Assembly: GCA_045648605.1 (NCBI GenBank)
Contig: JAZROG010000011.1
Coordinates: 1-54,236 of the forward strand
Length of the DNA stretch: 54,236 nt
DNA from: Eubacteriales bacterium
GTDB taxonomy: Bacteria; Bacillota; Clostridia; Oscillospirales; CAG-272
Reading direction: 5' to 3'
Made by a program: the position numbers and the translations under genes. The notes below the pieces were generated by a model that worked only from the letters and a program-made list of their open reading frames with translations, was not told the DNA's origin and did no database searches. Positions 9,963 through 19,653 of the stretch are shown here, piece by piece (position 1 is the first letter of the stretch; each line of letters begins with the position of its first letter).

Positions 9963-10913
9963 ATGATTATTACAGATTATTTTCGTTCAGAGCCCGACAC
10001 AACCTGGGAAATTGCCAAAGCATGCGGCATTACCAAGGGAACTATCAGACTTCCCGAGCATGATGATTTTGATGTTACAAGTCTTTCTCATCTAAAGGAG
10101 GTCTGCAAAAAATTCAATGATCACGGCATTGAGCCGCTCATAATCGAACCGCTGCCAAACGAGCTTCATGACCATATAAAGCTCGGTGATGAAAAGCGTG
10201 ATGAATCCATCGAAAAATTCATAAAGCTTATGAAAAATATGAGCACGGTCGGCATTGAAACGGTTTGCTTCAACTTTATGGCGCATTACGGCTGGACAAG
10301 AACGGAGCTTGGTCTTACAGAGAGAAATTCAACGGTTACCGGATTTAAGCTTTCCTCGTTTGAGGATGACGGATTTACCATAAGTCGCGAAAAAATGTGG
10401 GGAAATTATGAGTATTTCATCTGCGCCGCAGTTCCATATGCAGAGTAATACGGAATTAAGCTTGCGCTTCATCCGGATGATCCGCACCTTTACACCCTCG
10501 GCTCGGTCGGACGCATCTTTACAAGCCTTGAAGCAATAAAAAAAGGAATGAGCATACTTCCTTCAAAAAATCTCGGTGTTACATTCTGTCAGGCATGCTA
10601 CCATCTTATGGGCGAGGATCTTGAAGAAGCGATCAAAGCATTAAAAGATAAAATTTTCTTTGTTCATTTCAGAAACACAAGAGGAACAAAGACAGATTTC
10701 AGAGAAACCTTCCATGACAATGGAGAAATAGATATGGATAATGTTATGAAGCTATATATTGAGAACGGTATTGATTGCCCTGTAAGAGTCGATCATGTAC
10801 CAACCATGCCCTTTGAAAAAAATTCCGTTGCGGGATATGACGCGCTCGGAAGACTATTTGCAATCGGATATCTGAAAGGAATTATTGAAGCGACCCAAAG
10901 GAGACTTATATGA
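9963..10913 (+). pseudogene. uxuA: Mannonate dehydratase (UxuA family) interrupted by one in-frame TAA
   Basis: Track ORFs 9957..10448 and 10548..10913 share a frame, and there is no other stop between 10449 and 10547. Across the stop the sequence reads AAVPYAE*YGIKLALHPDDPH, versus E. coli UxuA [25 protein letters not shown]..WTRT and FVHFRNT also match UxuA. The TAA is at 10446..10448. Confidence 0.8.
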
Positions 10914-11869
10914 TTTTTGAAAAGCAAGTACTTGATTTATACAAGGGAATGATGTATTCTCGGTGTGATGACACCGGAACAGTGTTCTATTTCTCAGCGG
11001 AGAATTTTCCCGGACTTTTAAGCGAGCCTTATTCATTTAAGTCCTCAGAGGGACATACTCTCAAGGGGTATATTTATAATTATCCCGCCCCAATCCAAGA
11101 TAGGATGGTGGTTTTTGACCACGGCTTTGGCGGCGGACACAGAGCATACATGAAAGAAATTGACATGCTCTGTCGTCATGGCTATCAGGTTTTGGCATAT
11201 GACCACACGGGATGCATGGAATCCGAGGGCGACGGATGCGGCGGTCTGTCTCATTCGCTTTGCGACCTTAATGATTGCATTTCCGCCATAAAATCCGACC
11301 AAAGATTCAGCGGATATGATATTTCTGTGATAGGACACAGCTGGGGAGCATTTTCCACTCTGAATATTTCCGCTCTCCATCCCGAAATTTCACACATTGT
11401 GGCAATAAGCGGATTTGTATCCGCCAAAGAAATGATCCATACCTTTTTCAGCGGCATTATGAGAGGATATAGAAAAGCTGTACTTGATTTTGAAGAAAAA
11501 TCAAATCCCGTTTTTTCAAAATTCAATGCTGTGGAATCATTGTCAAATTCAAATACCAAGGCCTTGCTCATCTATTCGGATAATGACGGAATGTGCAAAA
11601 GGGTTCACTATGATATTTTGAAAAAAGGTCTTTGCGGCAAGGAAAACATCAGCTTTTGGCTCCTCAAGAACAGATATCATAATCCCAATTATACCGATGA
11701 TGCTGTCAAATATCTGGGAGAATTTATAAAAGCAAGATCAAAGATCACAAGCAACAAAAGGCTTTCCGAAAGCGACAAGGAAAAATTTGTATCTTCCTTT
11801 GATTTCGACAGAATGACCGCCCAGGACGAGGCAGTTTGGGAGAAAATTTTTAATCATCTTGACAATTAA
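10910..11869 (+). CDS. Alpha/beta-fold serine hydrolase (esterase/peptidase-like)
   Basis: 319-aa ORF with the nucleophile elbow GHSWG and an upstream HGFGGGH oxyanion-type motif. Its start overlaps the uxuA stop (ATGA). Confidence 0.75.
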   Translation: MIFEKQVLDLYKGMMYSRCDDTGTVFYFSAENFPGLLSEPYSFKSSEGHTLKGYIYNYPAPIQDRMVVFDHGFGGGHRAYMKEIDMLCRHGYQVLAYDHTGCMESEGDGCGGLSHSLCDLNDCISAIKSDQRFSGYDISVIGHSWGAFSTLNISALHPEISHIVAISGFVSAKEMIHTFFSGIMRGYRKAVLDFEEKSNPVFSKFNAVESLSNSNTKALLIYSDNDGMCKRVHYDILKKGLCGKENISFWLLKNRYHNPNYTDDAVKYLGEFIKARSKITSNKRLSESDKEKFVSSFDFDRMTAQDEAVWEKIFNHLDN

Positions 11870-11871
11870 CG

Positions 11872-11909
11872 AAAAAAAGGTTGTTCACCAAAAATGAACA
11901 ACCTTTTTT
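11872..11909. terminator. Bidirectional rho-independent terminator between convergent genes
   Basis: AAAAAAAGGTTGTTCA / TGAACAACCTTTTTT hairpin with A-run and T-run flanks. Confidence 0.7.
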
Positions 11910-11922
11910 GCACAAATCTATC

Positions 11923-12846
11923 TTAAGTTGTGCACTTATAGGCTCTTGCGCCATCCTGCAGCAGTGCTTTTTGTGCTTCTTCTACGCTCTTTTCGTCAGA
12001 GAAAATACCGAATACAGAAGGACCGCTCCCGCTCATCATTGAACAAAGAGCACCGTTTTTGAGCATAATATCCTTCAGTGCCGTAACAAACGGTCGCTCC
12101 CCCTCAACAACACTCTCAAAAATGTTATATGCACCCGAGCAAATAAATTCCCTATTATTTTCAGAAAGTCCCTTTACTATCCTTGAAAATCTTCCGCCGT
12201 CACGAGAAGATGAAAAATCTCCGTACATATTGTCAATTTCTTTATATGCCTTTGGAGTTGAAACCCCTTCACCCTTTATCGCAACTACTATCTGCATTTG
12301 CGGACAACTATCAAGACGGGTTAAAATTTCGCCCCTGCCCTCGCACAAAATCGTACCGCCAACATAGCAAAAGGGGACATCGGAGCCAACGGATGCGGCA
12401 ATTTCAAGCATTTGCGCCTCATTTAAAGGAGCCTTGCTCAATTTATTTAAAATTCGAAGAGCCGCGGCGGCATCGGAGCTTCCGCCCGCAAGTCCGGCAG
12501 AAGACGGAACCTTTTTATTTATCTTAAAATGAGCGCCGAATTTCTTTTGCGTTGCTTTTCTGTATGCATCAGCAGCCTTAATTACCAAATTTGTTGGATC
12601 GGTAGGAATCTCGAGAACATTAGATTCAATAGAATCCCCCGCTTCTTCCGTAAGGCAGATCTCAATGTCGTCGCAGAGCGAAATGCTCTGCATTATGCTC
12701 CTTATATCGTGAAAACCATCGTCTCTCTTTTTTGTTACATCAAGATAAAGATTTATCTTTGCATAGGCTTTATCACAAACCTTTTTGTTGTAGATCAAAA
12801 TATCACCACCCAATAAAATGATAACACAAATATCAAGCTCTGTCAA
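11923..12846 (-). CDS. ispE: 4-diphosphocytidyl-2-C-methyl-D-erythritol kinase
   Basis: AKINLYLDV N-terminal motif and GHMP kinase motif PSSAGLAGGSSDAAA. The real start may be the TTG at 12798 (GGTGGTGA SD just upstream) rather than 12846. Confidence 0.9.
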   Translation of the reverse strand: MTELDICVIILLGGDILIYNKKVCDKAYAKINLYLDVTKKRDDGFHDIRSIMQSISLCDDIEICLTEEAGDSIESNVLEIPTDPTNLVIKAADAYRKATQKKFGAHFKINKKVPSSAGLAGGSSDAAAALRILNKLSKAPLNEAQMLEIAASVGSDVPFCYVGGTILCEGRGEILTRLDSCPQMQIVVAIKGEGVSTPKAYKEIDNMYGDFSSSRDGGRFSRIVKGLSENNREFICSGAYNIFESVVEGERPFVTALKDIMLKNGALCSMMSGSGPSVFGIFSDEKSVEEAQKALLQDGARAYKCTT

Positions 12847-12933
12847 TTATTTTCTTAAAATCGTCTCAAAATCTTGACTTTTTTACTATTTAGAAGTATA
12901 ATATAATAAATAACCGATAAGGAAGTGTGCCAC

Positions 12934-14235
12934 ATGAACAATGAAAATAATAAGTCGAACAATAAAAATAATTATCTAAAAATTCTCTGTATTCTCGCAG
13001 CAGTTTTTGTTGCGCTTTTTGCGCTTGTTAATTTTGGCACATTTGCCATAATTTTTGCGGTGATTATTTCGGTCCTCAATCCTGTGCTCATCGGATTTAT
13101 AATTGCTTATCTCTGCAATCCGATATACAAGGCACTGAGAAATAAAGCCCTTAAAAGGATCAAGCGTCAAAAGCTGAAAAAGGTGCTTTCCATCGTTCTG
13201 ACTTATCTTATAGTTCTCGCTGTTGTTTCCGGAATACTGCTGATAATTATTCCTCAATTTATCTATGCCTTTAAGGATCTTGTTGCAAAAACCGACGGAT
13301 ATATCAGCGCTGCGGTGGCTTGGGCAAATAATCTCATCAGCAATTCTGAGCTTTTTGCCGAGAATACTGACATATTCGATTTTATCGATACGGAAAAAAT
13401 ACTCGCAAACCTCAAAACCTTCTTTGATGCTTCGGGAGATATCCTCAAAAAGGTTGGAGATTGGGCGATAAACTACGGAACCAATATAGTCGGAGGAATT
13501 ACAAATGTTCTTCTTGGCTTATTCATCTCAATCTATGTTCTTGTTTTCAAGGAAAAAATGGGACTTTGGTTCAAAAGGCTTTTCAGAGCCTTTCTTTCAA
13601 GAGAAAAATATGACTCATTTATATACAGAGTTGACCATGTGAATGGCAAATTCGGTAACTATATAATCGGTGCGCTCACGGATTCCATTATAGTCGCTGT
13701 TGAAGGATTTATAATATTCACTTTATTTGGCATACCCTATGCGCCGCTTGTAGCGGTAATAATCGGTATCACTAATATCATACCGATCCTAGGCCCATTC
13801 CTTGGCGCAATACCAAGTGCATTCATAATCTTTATCGTCGATCCTAAAAAGGTCATACTTTTCGTAATTCTCATCATTATCATTCAGCAGATCGACGGAA
13901 ATATCATTGCTCCGTTTATCCTCGGCTCAAGTCTTGGTCTCAGCTCCTTCGGAATCATCATCGCAGTTACGGTAATGGGAAGCCTTTGGGGTGTTCCGGG
14001 AATGTTTATAGGTGTTCCGCTCTTTGCTTATGTTGCAGATGTTATTGAAGAGACAGTAAATAACAAGCTGAGAGCTATCGGTGATCCGGAATTTCCACCA
14101 AATGATAAGCAAAATGATATCAAAGCTCCCTCGCCTATTGTCTCCTTTGTGAAAAAGCAAAGCGGCAATTTACTGAAAAAGGCCAAAACCGCCAAGGGAA
14201 AAGCTTCAAGCAATAAAAACAAGAAAAAGAAATAA
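12934..14235 (+). CDS. AI-2E family transporter (PerM/YhhT, UPF0118) membrane protein
   Basis: Polytopic ORF with the family-typical C-terminal helices (ITNIIPILGPFLGAIP ... GVPGMFIGVPL). ATG 12934 is preferred (AAGGAAG SD 8 nt upstream) over the track GTG at 12925. Confidence 0.85.
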   Translation: MNNENNKSNNKNNYLKILCILAAVFVALFALVNFGTFAIIFAVIISVLNPVLIGFIIAYLCNPIYKALRNKALKRIKRQKLKKVLSIVLTYLIVLAVVSGILLIIIPQFIYAFKDLVAKTDGYISAAVAWANNLISNSELFAENTDIFDFIDTEKILANLKTFFDASGDILKKVGDWAINYGTNIVGGITNVLLGLFISIYVLVFKEKMGLWFKRLFRAFLSREKYDSFIYRVDHVNGKFGNYIIGALTDSIIVAVEGFIIFTLFGIPYAPLVAVIIGITNIIPILGPFLGAIPSAFIIFIVDPKKVILFVILIIIIQQIDGNIIAPFILGSSLGLSSFGIIIAVTVMGSLWGVPGMFIGVPLFAYVADVIEETVNNKLRAIGDPEFPPNDKQNDIKAPSPIVSFVKKQSGNLLKKAKTAKGKASSNKNKKKK

Positions 14236-14247
14236 GAGGTCAAGGAA

Positions 14248-16089
14248 ATGTCAGAAATTCAGAACAAAAAAGGCGGAATATCTGTTGAATCGCAGCATAT
14301 ATTCCCTATCATCAAAAAATGGCTCTATTCAGAGAAGGATATTTTTCTGCGTGAGATAGTTTCAAATGCAACAGATGCTATCACAAAGCTTAAAAGATTA
14401 CAGTCTCTCGGTCAGATATCCTCTTTTGAAGATAAATTCAAGATCACTGTTACTCTTGATAAGGATGCTAAAACACTCTCCGTCAGCGATAACGGTATCG
14501 GCATGACAGAGGATGAGCTCCGCAAATATATCTGCCAGATCGCACTTTCGGGCGCGCTTGAATTCATTGAAAAATATGAGGATGACAGCACCTCGGCACA
14601 AAACGGTATTATCGGTCATTTCGGTCTCGGCTTTTATTCCTCCTTCATGGTCAGCGACACTGTTGAACTGATAACAAAGTCATATACAGATGCTCCCGCC
14701 GTCAGATGGGTCTGCAACGGTGAGGGTGAATACGAAATATTCCCCGGTGAAAGAGACGAAAAAGGAACAACGGTTATCATGCACATATCCGAGGGAGAGG
14801 AAGAATACCTCGACAGTGCAAGGATCCGCTCCATGCTTGATAAATACTGTGCCTTTATGCCTGTTGAAATATTCTTCAACGACGGAGATAAAAAAGAGGA
14901 CGAAAAGATCAAGGCTATAAATGACATCGAGCCTCTTTGGCTTAAAAATCCTTCCGATTGTAAGCCTGAGGAATACAATGAATTTTATAAAAAGGTTTTC
15001 GGAGATTTCCGCGATCCTTTGTTCTATGTTCATATAAATGCCGATTATCCCCTCAATTTCAAGGGAATACTCTTTTTCCCGAAGCTGAATAATGAATTTG
15101 AATCTGTTGAAGGGCAGGTAAAGCTTTATTATAATCAGGTGTTTGTTGCGGATAATATCAAGGAGGTTATCCCCGAATATCTGCTCATGCTGAAGGGTGT
15201 TCTCGACTGCCCCGAGCTTCCCCTTAATGTTTCAAGAAGCTATCTGCAGAATAACACTTATACAGCCAAGGTTTCTGCTCACATCGTTAAAAAGGTTGCA
15301 GACAAGCTAGCAGGTCTTTGTCTTAACGAGCGCGAGGAATATGAAAAGGTTTGGAACGATATCCGCACCTTTGTGGAATACGCTTGTATGAGAGACAAAA
15401 AGTTCTATGACCGCGTTGCCTCTTCCCTGCTTCTCCATCTTACAGACGGCAGTTATGTAACAAAGAATGTATATCTCGACACCGCAAAGGAAAAGCACGA
15501 AAATACAGTGTATTACGCAACAGATGCAGATCTTCAGGCGCAGTACATTTCCCTCTTTGAATCCGAGGGAATAAAGGTCGCTCTCTTCGAAAAGCTCATC
15601 GATACACAGTTCATTTCAATGCTTGAAGGTTATGAGCCGACCGTTAAATATATAAGAGTTGATGCTGATATTGCAAGCGCGCTCAAGGGTGAAGGCGAGA
15701 GCGAAGCCAATGAAAAGGTTTCTGCACTTTTCAAGGAAGTAAGCGGAAAGGAAGAGCTTGAGGTCATATTTGAAGGACTGAAGGACGAAAGCATTCCCGC
15801 AATTCTTAATGTTTCCGAGCAATCGAGAAGAATGGAAGAAATGATGAAGCTTTATTCCATGTCAGGTGGCGGAAATGCACCCTCCTTCCCTCTCGAAATG
15901 AAAATGATTGTAAACACCTCTTCTTCGCTTATGAGCCGTCTCTCTTCTCTTTGCACAGAGGACTATGAAAAAGCAAGGAGGATTGCCAAGCAAGTATTTT
16001 ATCTTTGTCTCATGTCGCAAAGAAGCCTTACAGCCGAGGAAATGAAAAATTTCCTTGATGACAGCTTTGGAATTCTTGAAAATTACTGA
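14248..16089 (+). CDS. htpG: Molecular chaperone HtpG (Hsp90)
   Basis: 613-aa ORF with LYSEKDIFLREIVSNATDA, DNGIGMT and GHFGLGFYSSFMV GHKL ATPase motifs. Confidence 0.95.
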   Translation: MSEIQNKKGGISVESQHIFPIIKKWLYSEKDIFLREIVSNATDAITKLKRLQSLGQISSFEDKFKITVTLDKDAKTLSVSDNGIGMTEDELRKYICQIALSGALEFIEKYEDDSTSAQNGIIGHFGLGFYSSFMVSDTVELITKSYTDAPAVRWVCNGEGEYEIFPGERDEKGTTVIMHISEGEEEYLDSARIRSMLDKYCAFMPVEIFFNDGDKKEDEKIKAINDIEPLWLKNPSDCKPEEYNEFYKKVFGDFRDPLFYVHINADYPLNFKGILFFPKLNNEFESVEGQVKLYYNQVFVADNIKEVIPEYLLMLKGVLDCPELPLNVSRSYLQNNTYTAKVSAHIVKKVADKLAGLCLNEREEYEKVWNDIRTFVEYACMRDKKFYDRVASSLLLHLTDGSYVTKNVYLDTAKEKHENTVYYATDADLQAQYISLFESEGIKVALFEKLIDTQFISMLEGYEPTVKYIRVDADIASALKGEGESEANEKVSALFKEVSGKEELEVIFEGLKDESIPAILNVSEQSRRMEEMMKLYSMSGGGNAPSFPLEMKMIVNTSSSLMSRLSSLCTEDYEKARRIAKQVFYLCLMSQRSLTAEEMKNFLDDSFGILENY

Positions 16090-16931
16090 TGAAAAATGCA
16101 ATAGATACGATAATCGAAAATTTAAAAGGAATAGAAACCGAGCTTGAGCTCGGTAAAAAGGCATACAATCTGTGGCTGCGAGAGCTTATTTGTGCCGCAA
16201 GAAAAAACGGCGCATCATCCTACAGTGATTTCGCCGAGCTGTTTAAAAGAGCCGGAATAACCGAGCCATCAGAGCTTCTTTCCTGTGCTAAGCTTCTTAA
16301 ATACGAAGACCTTGGTGATATACACGACGATTTTTCTGTCGAAATCATCGACAGACCCGTGTATATTGTTTCTAATTTCTGCAATTCTCTTTCAGAGAAA
16401 ACATATGATTTCTTTTTTGGAGAAAGTGAATACAGAATCATTCCAAGGAACAGCTTTGGTGAAATATTTGATGATATTATTAACGAAAAATCCAATTACT
16501 GCATAGTTCCGATTGAAAACAATACCATGGGAACCCTTGGAAATTTCTATCAGCAAATATTTGACCATGATTTAAAGATTGTTAAGGTCTGCGATGTTTT
16601 GCACCCCGATGAAGATTCGGAAACAAGATTTGCTCTTCTAACATCTGCACCGACAAGTCTCGTTTCTCTTGATGAAAGCGAAGACCATTTTGAGATCGTT
16701 ATTCATTCAAGCGACGGAGCGATCCTCCCAAGTATCCTCGAAGCCGCAAGGCTTTGCAAAATGATTCCCGACCGTATTGACTCTATTCCCTTATCACGTC
16801 TTAAAAAGGACCACTCCTTTAAGATCGTTTTCAAAATGCTACTCGATGTGAATCTTACGGACTTTCTTATCTACCTCATTCTTGACAGTATTTCTTATAC
16901 ACCGGTGGGAATTTTCAGTATCAATGAATAA
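16089..16931 (+). CDS. Divergent prephenate-dehydratase-like / ACT-like domain protein (function uncertain)
   Basis: Its ATG overlaps the htpG stop (TGATG). By eye, CIVPIENNTMGTLG and ETRFALLTS resemble the PDT motifs VPxENSxxGxV and TRFxxL. The C-terminal part looks ACT-like. An N-terminal extension of about 90 aa is unassigned. Confidence 0.45.
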   Translation: MKNAIDTIIENLKGIETELELGKKAYNLWLRELICAARKNGASSYSDFAELFKRAGITEPSELLSCAKLLKYEDLGDIHDDFSVEIIDRPVYIVSNFCNSLSEKTYDFFFGESEYRIIPRNSFGEIFDDIINEKSNYCIVPIENNTMGTLGNFYQQIFDHDLKIVKVCDVLHPDEDSETRFALLTSAPTSLVSLDESEDHFEIVIHSSDGAILPSILEAARLCKMIPDRIDSIPLSRLKKDHSFKIVFKMLLDVNLTDFLIYLILDSISYTPVGIFSINE

Positions 16932-16972
16932 TTCCCAAAAAAATATAATAAAATTTGAAAGGTTATTATGAT

Positions 16973-17239
16973 ATGAAAAAGCATATAACTTACACACCAA
17001 ACGGAGTTTGTTCAAGACAGATCGACCTCGATATCGAAAATGATATCATTGTTGGAGCAAAATACACCGGAGGCTGCTCCGGCAATACACAGGGCGTTGC
17101 GGCACTGGTCATAGGCTTGACTGTTGAGGATGCCATTTCCCGTCTTTCGGGAATCAAATGCGGAATGAAGAACACCTCCTGCCCCGACCAGCTTGCAAAA
17201 GCTCTTGAGCAATACAGAAATAACAAGGAGAACGCATGA
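16973..17239 (+). CDS. Stand-alone TSCPD-domain protein (TIGR03905-like)
   Basis: About 88 aa with GGCSGNTQG and the eponymous TSCPD motif (MKNTSCPDQLA). ATG 16973 is preferred, after a GAAAGG SD. Confidence 0.7.
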   Translation: MKKHITYTPNGVCSRQIDLDIENDIIVGAKYTGGCSGNTQGVAALVIGLTVEDAISRLSGIKCGMKNTSCPDQLAKALEQYRNNKENA

Positions 17240-18960
17240 ACTATTATTACCGAGAAAATTTTGACCTTTGGATAAAAAGCAATAAGCTGACCGAAGAAGA
17301 AAAGAATGAGCTTATAAGCATAAAGGATGATGAAAAAGAAGTAAAAAGCAGATTTTCATCCTTCCTTTCTTTTGGCACTGCAGGCTTGCGCGGAACTATG
17401 AAGGTAGGCATGAATGCTATGAACCGTCATACCGTTGCCCATGCCACACAAGGACTTGCTGCCCTTATTCTTAAGGAAGGCAGAGAAAATGACGGTGTTG
17501 CCATTGCATATGACAGCCGCAACAATTCCGAGCTTTTTGCAAAAATTTCCGCACAGGTTCTTGCCGCAAACAATATCAAGACTTATCTCTTTGACGGTAT
17601 AAGACCTACTCCCGAGCTTTCCTTTGCCATCAGAGAGCTTGGATGCGTTGCAGGTATTAACATTACAGCCTCTCACAATCCCAAGGAATATAATGGCTAT
17701 AAGGCTTATTGGGAGGATGGCGCGCAGCTTCCGCCTGAGCACGCAGACACAGTTTCCGAGGAAATTGCAAAGGTCGATATTTTCAACCAGGTTAAGCTTT
17801 TCGATTTTGATGAGGCGCTCCGCGAAGGAAAAATCGTCATAATAGGCAATGATATTGATGAAAAATATCTTGCACAGGTCGAAAATCAGCTCGTAAACCC
17901 CGATGCAATTAAAAAGGTTTCTGATGAGCTTCGCATAGTATATACCCCTCTCCACGGAACAGGACATAAAATGGTTCCCGAAATTTTAAAGAGAGTCGGA
18001 ATAAAAAATCTCTACACAGTTCCGGAACAGATGGTAATTGACGGTGATTTTCCGACGGTCAAAAAGCCTAATCCCGAATTTTCCGAGGTGTTTGACTTGG
18101 GAATAGCCATAGCAGAGGATGTTGGCAGTGATCTTGTTATCGCTACTGACCCTGATGCCGACAGAGTTGGTGTTGTTACCAGAACAACAAGCGGCGATTT
18201 CATGACTATCACAGGCAATCAGATGGGTGCGCTACTTATCGACTATATTCTTTCCGCTTATGAGGAAACAGGCTCTATGCCGGATGAACCTTATGTTGTT
18301 AAAAGCATTGTTTCAACAGAGCTTGCATCAAAGATATGTGCAGAGCACGGTGTTAAGATGCACAATGTTCTGACAGGCTTCAAATTCATCGGCGAGGTCA
18401 TCAAAAATTACGAGAAGGAAGGCCATGGCTCATTCCTCTTTGGATTTGAAGAAAGCTACGGATATCTTAAGGGCACTTATGCAAGAGACAAGGATGCTGT
18501 TGTGGCTTCAATGCTTATCGCAGAAATGACAGCATATTATAAGGCAAAAAATATGACCCTCTTTGACGCTCTTGAAGCACTCTACAACAGATACGGCTTC
18601 TCGGCAGAGAAAAATCTTGAGATAAACATGGAGGGAGTTGACGGTCCCGAGAAAATGGAAGCACTTATGTCTTCTCTAAGGGGCAATACTCCTATCGAGC
18701 TTGGCGGCATTTCCGTTAAGGTCTTTGGTGACTATATGACCGAAAGCTTTACAAATATGCAAAGCGGTGAAAAGACTCCAACAGGGCTTCCAAAGGCAAA
18801 TGTTTTGTATTTTGCTCTTGAAAACGGTGATGTTATAATTGTTCGTCCGTCGGGTACAGAGCCGAAGGTGAAATTCTATTTCCTTGTTTCCGGAAAGGAC
18901 AAAAACGAAGCAGCTACAAAGATAGACATTTATCAAAGCTCTATCAAAAATCTTATATAA
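17236..18960 (+). CDS. pgcA: Phosphoglucomutase / phosphomannomutase (alpha-D-phosphohexomutase family)
   Basis: 574-aa ORF with active-site TASHNPKEYNGYK, the metal loop ATDPDADR and the sugar loop GFEESYG. Its start overlaps the upstream stop (ATGA). Confidence 0.9.
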   Translation: MNYYYRENFDLWIKSNKLTEEEKNELISIKDDEKEVKSRFSSFLSFGTAGLRGTMKVGMNAMNRHTVAHATQGLAALILKEGRENDGVAIAYDSRNNSELFAKISAQVLAANNIKTYLFDGIRPTPELSFAIRELGCVAGINITASHNPKEYNGYKAYWEDGAQLPPEHADTVSEEIAKVDIFNQVKLFDFDEALREGKIVIIGNDIDEKYLAQVENQLVNPDAIKKVSDELRIVYTPLHGTGHKMVPEILKRVGIKNLYTVPEQMVIDGDFPTVKKPNPEFSEVFDLGIAIAEDVGSDLVIATDPDADRVGVVTRTTSGDFMTITGNQMGALLIDYILSAYEETGSMPDEPYVVKSIVSTELASKICAEHGVKMHNVLTGFKFIGEVIKNYEKEGHGSFLFGFEESYGYLKGTYARDKDAVVASMLIAEMTAYYKAKNMTLFDALEALYNRYGFSAEKNLEINMEGVDGPEKMEALMSSLRGNTPIELGGISVKVFGDYMTESFTNMQSGEKTPTGLPKANVLYFALENGDVIIVRPSGTEPKVKFYFLVSGKDKNEAATKIDIYQSSIKNLI

Positions 18961-18999
18961 ATGAAAACGGTACGGAGAAATCCGTACCGTTTTCATTTA
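18961..18999. terminator. Bidirectional rho-independent terminator
   Basis: ATGAAAACGGTACGGA-gaaa-TCCGTACCGTTTTCAT, a perfect 16-bp stem directly after the pgm stop and before the convergent XRE gene stop. Confidence 0.8.
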
Positions 19000-19006
19000 T
19001 TAAGAG

Positions 19007-19222
19007 TCAATCTTCCCTTTTATATTCAATGATATCACAAAGATCGCATCCCAAGGCTTCACAAATTCGATCTAAAATGTAACTATCATAACGAACAACT
19101 TGATTTTTATAATATCGATCAATGGTCTGAAATTTGACCTCGGTTCGTTTTGCCAATTCATATCGGGTAATACCATGCTTGTCCAAATATTTATCTATTG
19201 TCAGCAATACCAAATATATCAC
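19007..19222 (-). CDS. XRE/Cro-C1 family helix-turn-helix transcriptional regulator
   Basis: GITRYELAKRTEVKFQTIDRYYKNQ is a typical HTH_3/HTH_26 pattern. The real start is probably the TTG at 19213 (GAGGTG SD 6 nt upstream). Confidence 0.8.
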   Translation of the reverse strand: MIYLVLLTIDKYLDKHGITRYELAKRTEVKFQTIDRYYKNQVVRYDSYILDRICEALGCDLCDIIEYKRED

Positions 19223-19259
19223 CTCTTCCTTGTATATATTCTACTGTATATATACCCAC

Positions 19260-19288
19260 TTGACAATCTCCGCAATAAGGTATATACT
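19260..19288 (+). promoter_or_regulatory. Sigma-70-type promoter for the SLOG gene, within a GTATATA repeat field
   Basis: TTGACA (19260..19265), 17-nt spacer, TATACT (19283..19288). Four GTATATA(T/C) copies lie in 19231..19302 and are putative XRE operators. Confidence 0.5.
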
Positions 19289-19323
19289 AATATAGGTATA
19301 TATAAAGAAAAGGAATTTATGCA

Positions 19324-19653
19324 ATGAAATTATTGATTGTTGGATCACGAAAGATAAAAGAATTCGACCTAACCCCATATATATCGACCGATGTTGACAC
19401 AATTATAAGTGGTGGGGCAAGCGGAATTGATACCTTAGCGGAATGCTACGCAGATAGTCATAGGATTTCAAAATATATTATTCGACCTCGCTATGAGCTT
19501 TATGGTCGCGCCGCTCCATTAAAACGTAATGAACAAATGGTTGATATGGCAGATGAGGTACTTATAATCTGGGATGGACAATCTAAAGGTGCTCAATATA
19601 CTATCAAATATTCCGAAAAAGTCAATAAACCAACAACTCTTGTTATAGTTTAA
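19324..19653 (+). CDS. DUF2493-like SLOG (SMF/DprA-LOG) superfamily protein
   Basis: 109-aa ORF. IISGGASGIDTLAE, AAPLKRNEQMV and LIIWDGQSKGA match, by eye, the GGAxGxD ... RN..M ... GT pattern of DUF2493/YspA-type SLOG domains. Confidence 0.65.
   Translation: MKLLIVGSRKIKEFDLTPYISTDVDTIISGGASGIDTLAECYADSHRISKYIIRPRYELYGRAAPLKRNEQMVDMADEVLIIWDGQSKGAQYTIKYSEKVNKPTTLVIV

Noticed and set aside
10446-10448. In-frame stops (TAA at 10446, 25163, 27781 and 47811; TGA at 22960) as programmed recoding, selenocysteine or an alternative genetic code
   Set aside because: TAA and TGA terminate the intact housekeeping genes throughout the window. No SECIS-like hairpin follows the TGA. Several of the affected genes also carry frameshifts, so pseudogenisation or sequence error is the simpler reading.
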